Source: Melioribacter roseus P3M-2
GTDB taxonomy: Bacteria; Bacteroidota; Ignavibacteria; Ignavibacteriales; Melioribacteraceae
Assembly: GCF_000279145.1 (NCBI RefSeq)
Contig: NC_018178.1
Span: 2,653,800-2,685,799, forward strand
Reading direction: 5' to 3'
DNA: 32,000 nt
The translations under genes were made by a program, and so were the position numbers. The notes under the pieces are model-generated. The model was not told the DNA's origin, did not search any database, and worked only from the letters and a program-made list of their open reading frames with translations. Shown here in pieces: positions 9,529 through 16,837 of the stretch. How positions within the stretch are numbered: the first letter of the stretch is position 1; every line of letters starts with the position of its first letter.

Positions 9529-10650
9529 GTTTTAATCGCACCCGACTCTGACGGGTAGAATTGCCCCGCTTGCAGCGGGGTCTCCGTTCGTCCGTCATTC
9601 GACGGACTCACTTCGAAAATCCGAACTACAAAATTGTCATGCTGTTATGGTTTTAATCGCACCCGACTCTGACGGGTAGTATTATTTTGCCGGCGCTGAT
9701 TTTATCGAAGTGATAGTCCTGTCAGGTTCAAGCGGTCGCTGAGCTTGTCGAAGCGACTTCGTTCGTCCGTCATTCGACGGAATCACTTCGAAAATCCGGA
9801 CTACAAAATTGTCATGCTGTTATGTTTTAATCGCACCCGACTCTGACGGGTAGTATTATTTTGCCGGTCGCTGAGCCTGTCGAAGCGATAGCCCTGTCAG
9901 GTTCAAGCGGTCGCTGAGCCTGTCGAAGCGAAGATTGTGTCCCGTAAAAGTCTACAAGTTTGTAAAAGCAATGTAAGAAAAAATCATTCTACAGAATTAG
10001 AGGATAGTCTTATTGCATCAGAGCGGTCGCTGAGCCTGTCGAAGCGACTACGTTTGTCCGTCAGTCGACGGACTCACTTCGAAAATCCGGACTACAAAAT
10101 TGTCATGCTGTTATGTGTTAATCGCATCCGACTCTGACGGGTAGTATTATTTTGCCGGTTGCTGAGCCTGTCGAAGCGAAGATTGTGTCCCGTAAAAGTC
10201 TTCAAGTTTGCAAAAGCATGTAAGAAAAGAAACATTCTACAGAATTAGAGAATAGTCTTATTGCATCGGAACGGTCGCTGAGCCTGTCGAAGCGACTACG
10301 TTCGTCCGTCATTCGACGGACTCACTTCGAAAATCCGTACTACAAAATAGTCATGCTGTTATGCGTTAATCGTACCCGACTCTGACGGGTAGTATTATTT
10401 TGCCGACGCTGATTTTATCGAAGCGATAATCCTGACAGGTTCAAGCGGTCGCTGAGCTTGTCGAAGCGACTACGTTCGTCCATCAGTCGACGGACTCACT
10501 TCGAAAATCCGGACTACAAAATTGTCATGCTGTTATGTTTTAATCGCACCCGACTCTGACGGGTAGTATTATTTTGCCGGTCGCTGAGCCTGTCGAAGCG
10601 ATAATCCTGTCAGGTTCAAGCGGTCGCTGAGCTCTTCGTTGCGATTTTCT
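9529..10650 (+). repeat. Tandem array of six composite units, each headed by a variant CRISPR repeat (GTTTTAATCGCAC-CCGACTCTGACGG-GTAG..)
   Basis: Variant repeats start at 9529, 9650, 9824, 10115, 10363 and 10537, giving unit lengths of 121, 174, 291, 248 and 174 bp plus a truncated last unit. The units share the modules GGTCGCTGAGCCTGTCGAAGCGA, GTCCGTCATTCGACGGAC and CACTTCGAAAATCCGGACTACAAAATTGTCATGCTGTTAT. No reading frame is conserved between copies. Confidence 0.9.
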
Positions 10651-10696
10651 GCAAACTCCACTCCGAAAAATCGATATAAAAAACTTCCTGAACAAT

Positions 10697-10808
10697 TTGG
10701 CAATCTTGCAATTTGGTAATTTGGTAATCTTGCAATTTTGTAATTTGGTAATCTTGTAATTTGGCAATCTTGCAATTTGTCAATAAACAAATTTGGCAAT
10801 TAACGAAT
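10697..10808. repeat. Imperfect 8-bp-periodic tract (about 14 units of TTGGYAAT / CTTGYAAT)
   Basis: The tract reads TTGGCAAT CTTGCAAT TTGGTAAT TTGGTAAT CTTGCAAT TTTGTAAT TTGGTAAT CTTGTAAT TTGGCAAT CTTGCAAT TTGTCAAT AAACAAAT TTGGCAAT TAACGAAT. It ends 38 nt before the ATG at 10846. Confidence 0.85.
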
Positions 10809-10845
10809 TACTTTCATAGCTTGCTTCATAAAAACGGAGTAAGGT

Positions 10846-11295
10846 ATGAAAAAAAGCGATAAACCGATTATTGTCGAACAGGTTTTTAATGCAAGCAGAA
10901 CCGATGTATGGAATGCCCTTACGGATATTGACGAAATGAAAAAATGGTATTTCGAAAACATTCCCGCTTTTGAGCCCGTCAATGGTTTTAAAACTAGCTT
11001 TAACGTGATTAGCAATGGAAGAAATTTTTTGCATAAATGGGAAGTTACCGAAGTTATTCCCGAAGAACGTATTGCATACACTTGGCGGTTCGAGGGTTAC
11101 GGCGGACTGTCGACGACGGATTTTTTTCTAAAAGAAGAAAACGGAGGCGTACGATTGATTCTTACAGTTACCGTACAGGAAGATTTCCAGGAAAATATCG
11201 AGGAATTCAAAAGAGAAAGCTGCATCGGCGGATGGAATTATTTTATTAACGAAAGACTCAAAAACTATTTGGAATCAATAATCAGAAAGGACTAA
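10846..11295 (+). CDS. SRPBCC / AHSA1 (Activator of Hsp90 ATPase homolog 1-like) family protein
   Basis: About 149 aa, with the family's typical N-terminus (..IIVEQVFNASRTDVWNALTD..MKKWYF) and a C-terminal GGW..FINERLKNYLE region. GGAG lies 8 nt upstream of the ATG. Confidence 0.7.
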   Translation: MKKSDKPIIVEQVFNASRTDVWNALTDIDEMKKWYFENIPAFEPVNGFKTSFNVISNGRNFLHKWEVTEVIPEERIAYTWRFEGYGGLSTTDFFLKEENGGVRLILTVTVQEDFQENIEEFKRESCIGGWNYFINERLKNYLESIIRKD

Positions 11296-11615
11296 TGATG
11301 TCCAGATTTATTTTGTTGTATATAGGCGACGGTAAGTCGGGCGATCCTGAAAAGGATTCGGATAATTATAATAAATATATGGAATGGCTCGGTAAGTTAA
11401 ATAAGATATTAGTTAGCCCTGCGAATCCGTTAAAAGATAATACCATTGTTAAATCCGACAGGATAATTGAAAACGTTAGCGTAACCGGATTAAGCGGATA
11501 TACAATTATTGAAGCGGCGAATATTAAAGAAGCCGCGGAAATTTCAAAAGGGTGTCCGTTTCTCGATTCAGGCGGAGTTATTGAAATTGCGGAATTGATT
11601 CAAATGAATCGGTAA
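11295..11615 (+). CDS. YCII-related (DGPF-like) domain protein
   Basis: Shows the pattern FILLYIGD...GYTIIEAANIKEAAEISKGCPFLDSGGVIEIAEL typical of YciI-like proteins. TAATG overlap with the upstream gene. Confidence 0.65.
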   Translation: MMSRFILLYIGDGKSGDPEKDSDNYNKYMEWLGKLNKILVSPANPLKDNTIVKSDRIIENVSVTGLSGYTIIEAANIKEAAEISKGCPFLDSGGVIEIAELIQMNR

Positions 11616-11745
11616 ATTAATTGGCATTGTAAGACTAATTTTATATCTTAAGACGCATTATCCAATTAATAGTCTTACTCAGGGCAGCCTCCACGAAGGC
11701 ATTAATTACTCCTCATTAATAATAAATAAATTTAGGAGTTACGAG

Positions 11746-12522
11746 ATGAAAAGGTATATCTATGTTTTAACTGTTATAATCTTATTAGCAGGCATTTCAG
11801 AGGGGCAAACAGTTAGAAAAGGTTTCAATTTCCTTTCAATAAGCGATTCAGCGGATACAATTGTTACAACCGTTTTTGCGTCGGGCGACGTTAAAGGTCT
11901 TGCCGCAGGAGAAAATAAAGAAGAGCTTGCCACCAACGGCGCATTGGGCGTTAGCATGGCTATCCGCGATATTTTAATTACCGCTTCCATAAACGTTGCT
12001 ACAACAATGGATACTCTTAATAACACTTTTAGCAACATTATATTGAATCCTTCAAACGGAAGCGGACTTAGATCCGGATTGCTCGACTTTAGAAAGAAAA
12101 AAATATTCAATAATTTTAATCTTCACATGTATGCTACCGTTTCCACAAGCACATGGAAAATTGAAAATGAAATTAAAGACGTTACCGTGGGAGGAATTGG
12201 CGTTCTGATTGAAAGAGCCCTCATAAGCAATAATGAAGAAAATGAAGTTACGCTAAGCTATGAGCTGGGGCTTAGCGTTAGAACTTTAATGGGAGAACTG
12301 GCGTCGAACGAGGAGAAGAGACTTCGATTCTTAAATACTAAAAATTCTGTCTTCGGAGGTTTGGAAGGCGGTATGACTATAAGAGTAAATAATTTGATTG
12401 CGTCTCTTCAATTTTACTATTTTATCGGCGACCATGTTAACGGGGTAACCGGCGGACAGCTCGCTACAGGAATCAGCATAAGCACTAACCTCTTTAGTTT
12501 TAAGAGCAAATATGAAGACTAA
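11746..12522 (+). CDS. Hypothetical secreted protein, probable outer-membrane beta-barrel
   Basis: N-terminal signal peptide ([21 protein letters not shown]). Alternating hydrophobic beta-strand-like segments run to the C-terminus. AGGAG RBS. No family recognised. Confidence 0.6.
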   Translation: MKRYIYVLTVIILLAGISEGQTVRKGFNFLSISDSADTIVTTVFASGDVKGLAAGENKEELATNGALGVSMAIRDILITASINVATTMDTLNNTFSNIILNPSNGSGLRSGLLDFRKKKIFNNFNLHMYATVSTSTWKIENEIKDVTVGGIGVLIERALISNNEENEVTLSYELGLSVRTLMGELASNEEKRLRFLNTKNSVFGGLEGGMTIRVNNLIASLQFYYFIGDHVNGVTGGQLATGISISTNLFSFKSKYED

Positions 12523-12548
12523 TACTAATTTGTAGGAGGGGCGCGACT

Positions 12549-12968
12549 ATGAAAGTAATCGACGAATTCAAAAAATTTGCCATACGCGGCAATGTTATTG
12601 ATATGGCAATCGGTATCATTATCGGAAGCGCATTCGGTAAAATAGTCAGCTCTTTTGTAAACGACGTCATAATGCCTCCTATAGGCTGGTTGATCGGCAA
12701 TGTCGATTTTTCCGAACTTGCGCTCGTACTGAAAGATAAAACCGATACGGCCGACGCGGTAACAATTCGATACGGAGTATTCTTAAATACCGTAATCGAT
12801 TTCCTGATAATTGCCTTTACGATATTCGTCGTGATTAAACAAATAAATCGACTAAGGAAGAAAGAGGAAGAACCGAAACCCGCGCCGACTACAAAAGAAT
12901 GTCCGAAGTGTTTTACGTTAATTCCGATCAAGGCTTCGAGATGCCCGAACTGTACTTCCGAAATTTAG
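12549..12968 (+). CDS. mscL: Large-conductance mechanosensitive channel MscL with C-terminal CxxC..CxxC zinc-ribbon tail
   Basis: Contains [37 protein letters not shown] and a second TM segment ([24 protein letters not shown]). The tail is [19 protein letters not shown]. Confidence 0.92.
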   Translation: MKVIDEFKKFAIRGNVIDMAIGIIIGSAFGKIVSSFVNDVIMPPIGWLIGNVDFSELALVLKDKTDTADAVTIRYGVFLNTVIDFLIIAFTIFVVIKQINRLRKKEEEPKPAPTTKECPKCFTLIPIKASRCPNCTSEI

Positions 12969-12978
12969 AAGCGTTTGC

Positions 12979-13013
12979 AATACGGTTTGATTATTGAGGA
13001 AGAATACCGTATT
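12979..13013 (+). terminator. Possible mscL terminator hairpin
   Basis: AATACGGT-19 nt-ACCGTATT is followed by AT-rich sequence. The loop is long and there is no clean T-run. Confidence 0.3.
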
Positions 13014-13049
13014 AATTTCTATATTTGTACTTAAATTTTTACGGTATTC

Positions 13050-13631
13050 ATGGAACTCGATTTAATAACGGATATACATAAGTATTGCGATAACTGGTGC
13101 GACAGATGCATCTATTCCACCAGGTGCGAACTTTTCATCGAAACAATTTATAAGAACGAAAGAAAAAAAGCGGTTTTTAATCCCGAAGGGTTTTTTAATG
13201 TACTTCGGGATTTATTCGTTCAGGCTTATGATTCTTTCGAAATTTATCGCCCGGATAGTTCGGGTATTGAAGAACTTTCTGAACTTTACGGCGCGGAAAG
13301 CAACAACTGGCTGGAAAAAAACGAATTATTTCTTAAGGACAATAATAAAAATACGGATATAACCGACGCATTGGACGTAATTCGTTATTATCAGTATTTT
13401 ATTTCATTAAAAGTAAAAAAATCGTTTGAGAGCGATATCGATGAGAAGTTAATTCAGCTTAAACTTGCCGAAGTTGCCGCTTCGAGGTCGATTTCCGCAT
13501 GGTATATTATTTTTAAGGAAACAGGCTCCGAAGACATCGGAAAAATAATAGGCATTCTAAAGTCTATATTAATATTAGTTGACGAATCTAATCCTGAACT
13601 GAAATCGTTTTACAGACCATATTTTGATTAA
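13050..13631 (+). CDS. Hypothetical protein with N-terminal four-Cys cluster (CX3CX2CX6C)
   Basis: 193-aa ORF with coding-like composition. Residues [15 protein letters not shown] lie near the N-terminus and the rest is predicted helical. No family recognised. Confidence 0.55.
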   Translation: MELDLITDIHKYCDNWCDRCIYSTRCELFIETIYKNERKKAVFNPEGFFNVLRDLFVQAYDSFEIYRPDSSGIEELSELYGAESNNWLEKNELFLKDNNKNTDITDALDVIRYYQYFISLKVKKSFESDIDEKLIQLKLAEVAASRSISAWYIIFKETGSEDIGKIIGILKSILILVDESNPELKSFYRPYFD

Positions 13632-13644
13632 AACCGGGGATGTT

Positions 13645-15306
13645 ATGGAAAATGAAAAACCAAAAAATTTTATTTATGAGATAATCGACGAAGATATACG
13701 TACAAATAAATGGGGAGGTCGCGTTCATACGAGGTTCCCTCCCGAGCCGAACGGTTATCTTCATATCGGCCACGCCAAATCGATATGCCTTAATTACGGA
13801 ATCGCCCGCGATTATAACGGCAAATTCAATCTCCGCTTTGACGATACAAACCCGGAAAAAGAAGAAACCGAATACGTCGAATCGATTATCGAAGACGTCA
13901 AATGGCTCGGCGCCGATTTCGAAGACAGGATTTTTTACGCCTCGGATTATTTCGAACAGATGTATCAATACGCCGTCGAGTTGATCAAAAAAGGGAAGGC
14001 GTACGTTTGCGATCTGTCCGCTGAAGAAATTCGTAAAACCAGAGGCACATTAACCGAACCGGGCGTCGAAAGTCCGTATCGTAACAGGACCGTGGAAGAA
14101 AATCTCGACTTGTTCGAAAGAATGAGAAAAGGCGAATTCCCGACCGGCTCGAAGACTTTGAGAGCTAAAATCGATATGGCTTCGCCGAATCTGAATTTGC
14201 GCGACCCTGTAATGTACCGGATACTTCACGCAGAACATCACAGGCAGGGCAATAAATGGTGTATCTATCCCACTTACGACTGGGCGCACGGTTTGGAAGA
14301 TTCGATCGAAGGAATTACGCATTCAATCTGTACGTTGGAATTCGAAAACCACAGACCTCTTTACGACTGGTTCCTCGACGAATTAAATATTTATCATCCT
14401 CAGCAAATCGAATTTGCGCGTTTGAATTTGAGCTATACCGTAATGAGCAAAAGGCGTCTGCTTCAATTGGTAAAAGACGGATACGTTGACGGATGGGACG
14501 ACCCGCGTATGCCTACGATTTCAGGTTTGAGAAGACGCGGCTTTACTCCCGAATCCCTTTGGAATTTTGCCGAACTCGTCGGCGTGGCAAAACGCGACGC
14601 AATGACAGACATAGCCCTGCTCGAATTTGCCATACGCGACGACCTGAATAAACGCGCCAACCGAGCTATGGCCGTTCTCGACCCGGTTAAAGTCGTACTT
14701 GTTAATTACGAGGGGGAAGAAGAAGTCGAGGCTGTCAACAATCCCGAAGATCCCTCCGCCGGAACGAGGAAAATTAAATTTACCAAAGAACTTTACATCG
14801 ACAGAGCCGATTTCATGGAAGATCCTCCCAAAGGGTTCAGAAGATTGATTCCCGGCGGAGAAGTGAGATTGAGATACGCTTATATAATCAAATGCGAAGA
14901 AGTAATTAAAGACGACAATGGTAATATAATCGAGTTAAGATGCACATACGACCCCGATACGAAAAGCGGCTCGGGCGCCAGCAATAAAAAAGTTAAAGGC
15001 ACTATCCATTGGGTCTCGGCAAAATACGCCGCTGAAGCGGAAGTAAGATTATACGACAGGCTCTTTACAATCGAAGACCCGGCGGCTGAAAAAAATTGGC
15101 TCGACTATATTAATCCCGTTTCGCTCAAAGTAATCGAAAACGCTTACATCGAACCTTCTTTGAAAGATTCGAAACCGGGAGAAATATTCCAGTTCGAACG
15201 CCAGGGATATTTCTGCGTCGATTCCAAATATTCCACTCCGGAAAAACTTGTGTTCAACAGAACCGTCACGTTAAAAGACAGCTGGGCTAAAAAGAAAGGT
15301 CAATGA
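13645..15306 (+). CDS. glnS: Glutaminyl-tRNA synthetase
   Basis: HIGH motif ([14 protein letters not shown]), VMSKR (KMSKS) motif, a GlnRS-type C-terminal anticodon-binding region and a length of about 553 aa. The ATG at 13645 is preferred over the TTG at 13624, which overlaps the upstream gene. Confidence 0.93.
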   Translation: MENEKPKNFIYEIIDEDIRTNKWGGRVHTRFPPEPNGYLHIGHAKSICLNYGIARDYNGKFNLRFDDTNPEKEETEYVESIIEDVKWLGADFEDRIFYASDYFEQMYQYAVELIKKGKAYVCDLSAEEIRKTRGTLTEPGVESPYRNRTVEENLDLFERMRKGEFPTGSKTLRAKIDMASPNLNLRDPVMYRILHAEHHRQGNKWCIYPTYDWAHGLEDSIEGITHSICTLEFENHRPLYDWFLDELNIYHPQQIEFARLNLSYTVMSKRRLLQLVKDGYVDGWDDPRMPTISGLRRRGFTPESLWNFAELVGVAKRDAMTDIALLEFAIRDDLNKRANRAMAVLDPVKVVLVNYEGEEEVEAVNNPEDPSAGTRKIKFTKELYIDRADFMEDPPKGFRRLIPGGEVRLRYAYIIKCEEVIKDDNGNIIELRCTYDPDTKSGSGASNKKVKGTIHWVSAKYAAEAEVRLYDRLFTIEDPAAEKNWLDYINPVSLKVIENAYIEPSLKDSKPGEIFQFERQGYFCVDSKYSTPEKLVFNRTVTLKDSWAKKKGQ

Positions 15307-15323
15307 CAAATTGAAGCATGAAA

Positions 15324-15353
15324 CCGGGCAAACCTCAAACGAGGATTGCCCGG
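15324..15353. terminator. Bidirectional terminator shared by convergent glnS and gltX
   Basis: CCGGGCAA-14 nt-TTGCCCGG, flanked by GAAA on the left and CATTTTATTT on the right. Confidence 0.6.
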
Positions 15354-15357
15354 CATT

Positions 15358-16806
15358 TTATTTCAGAATTTCGAGAGCGCGGTTAATTCTTTTAATCGTT
15401 TCTTCTTTTCCGATGATAAACAATATGTCGTAAATTCCGGGTCCTGCGCTCATTCCGGATACTGCTAACCGGAGAGGGTGAATTAATTTACCCGCGCCGA
15501 TTCCCAATTCCGAAGCCGTTTCTTTGAGGGCTTTTTCGTAATCTTCTTTGGAAGGATTTTCGAGCGCGGAAAATTTATCGCGCAATTTCGTCATATATCC
15601 TGGCGTTTCGGATTTCCAGTTCTTCTCTACGGCTTTTTCTTCGTAAGATGACGGCGCCTCGAAGAAGTAGGGAGATTTTGTTATAAACTCATACGCAAAG
15701 GAGACGCGTTCTTTCATCGCTCGAATAACCGACAGAAGATACTCGTCGGTATAATTCGCATTCGCGTATTTGCTTTTGTTCATTTCGTCTTTAAGCATAA
15801 GCAACAGTTCGCTTTCGGGCTTTGCTCTCAGATGCTCCGCATTCAGCCAGTTCAATTTTTCGATGTCGAAAACAGCTCCCGATTTGTTGACGCGTTCCAG
15901 CGAAAATTTTTCGATTAATTCGTCGATGTAATAAAATTCCTTGTCGTCTCCAGCATTCCATCCGAGCAAGGCGACAAAGTTGATTAAAGCTTCTTTTAAA
16001 TAACCTTTGGCTCTGTAATCTTCTACGGCTACGTCGCCCTGACGTTTACTAAGCTTGGAACGGTCGGGATTCAGTAATAGGGGAAGGTGCGCAAAAACAG
16101 GGAGATTCCATCCCAGGAAATTATAGAGCAAAACATGTTTGGGCGTGGAGGAGAGCCATTCTTCGCCTCGTATAACGTGGCTTATTTGCATTAAATAGTC
16201 GTCGACTACATTCGCCATGTGATAGGTTGGAAAGCCGTCGCTTTTGATTAGCACCTGGTCGTCGATATTGTCGGAATCGAATTCTACGGTTCCTCTTATT
16301 ACGTCTTCGAATATTATTTTTTTCCCGGGTTCCACATTTAGTCGCACCACATGCGGAATATTTTCGCTCAGCTTCTTTTCGATTTCATCTTTGGAAAGTC
16401 GTAGACAATGCTTGTCGTATTTTGCCTGGGGCAACTTTTTTGCCATCTGTTCTTTACGCAGCTCCTCGAGGCGTTCGGGCGTACAAAAGCAGTAATAAGC
16501 ATGACCTTTGGAAATCAATTCTTCGGCGTATTTTTTATAAATATCGAGCCGCTGCGACTGTAAATACGGACCGAAATCGCCTCCGGCGTCCGGACCTTCG
16601 TCGTAGTCGAGACCGCACCATTTGAGAGAATTTATCAAATTTTCGACGGCTCCTTCCACATACCGGTTCCGGTCGGTGTCTTCGATGCGCAGAATGAATT
16701 TGCCGTTGTTTTTGCGAGCAAATAAATAATTATACAATGCGGTTCTTAGACCTCCCACGTGTAAATATCCCGTAGGGCTCGGAGCGAATCGTACCCTGAT
16801 ATTCAT
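15358..16806 (-). CDS. gltX: Glutamyl-tRNA synthetase
   Basis: RFAPSPTGYLHVGGLRTALYNY (HIGH-class motif) and KLSKRQG (KMSKS); 482 aa. Confidence 0.95.
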   Translation of the reverse strand: MNIRVRFAPSPTGYLHVGGLRTALYNYLFARKNNGKFILRIEDTDRNRYVEGAVENLINSLKWCGLDYDEGPDAGGDFGPYLQSQRLDIYKKYAEELISKGHAYYCFCTPERLEELRKEQMAKKLPQAKYDKHCLRLSKDEIEKKLSENIPHVVRLNVEPGKKIIFEDVIRGTVEFDSDNIDDQVLIKSDGFPTYHMANVVDDYLMQISHVIRGEEWLSSTPKHVLLYNFLGWNLPVFAHLPLLLNPDRSKLSKRQGDVAVEDYRAKGYLKEALINFVALLGWNAGDDKEFYYIDELIEKFSLERVNKSGAVFDIEKLNWLNAEHLRAKPESELLLMLKDEMNKSKYANANYTDEYLLSVIRAMKERVSFAYEFITKSPYFFEAPSSYEEKAVEKNWKSETPGYMTKLRDKFSALENPSKEDYEKALKETASELGIGAGKLIHPLRLAVSGMSAGPGIYDILFIIGKEETIKRINRALEILK

Positions 16807-16837
16807 GTCTTACCCCTAAATAAAATTGGCGATTAGA

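Noticed and set aside
8695-9611. ORF-track entries 8695..8967(-) and 9429..9611(-) inside the CRISPR array
   Set aside because: Their translations repeat the peptide FQFYNSAIKT, which is simply the reverse-complement repeat read in frame. They are artefacts of the array, not genes.
9990-10005. ATTCTACAGAAT in the 93-bp insert as a possible anti-repeat (tracrRNA-like) complementary to the TGTAGAAT part of the CRISPR repeat
   Set aside because: Only about 8 nt match, which is expected by chance at roughly the ten-percent level for this search space. The motif is itself a near-palindrome, and no Cas9 or Cas12 gene is present to use a tracrRNA.
9937-10799. ORFs 9937..10137(+), 10540..10767(-) and 10569..10799(-) in the tandem-unit and 8-bp-repeat region
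   Set aside because: The paralogous unit copies differ by frameshifting indels, so no frame is conserved. The minus-strand ORFs translate the octamer tract into periodic PNYKITKL-type peptides. They were judged non-coding.
13083-13127. The CX3CX2C motif of the 193-aa protein as evidence for a radical-SAM enzyme
   Set aside because: The protein is far too short for the TIM-barrel core and lacks the glycine-rich SAM-binding motifs. It is retained only as an unassigned Cys-cluster protein.
8021-13650. Possibility that the CRISPR/repeat/accessory block is a mobile genomic island
   Set aside because: No integrase, transposase, recombinase, terminal inverted repeats or flanking tRNA were recognised. 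The only tRNA (23419-23501) is 10 kb away in a housekeeping context. Composition does not look obviously foreign by eye, though this was not computed.
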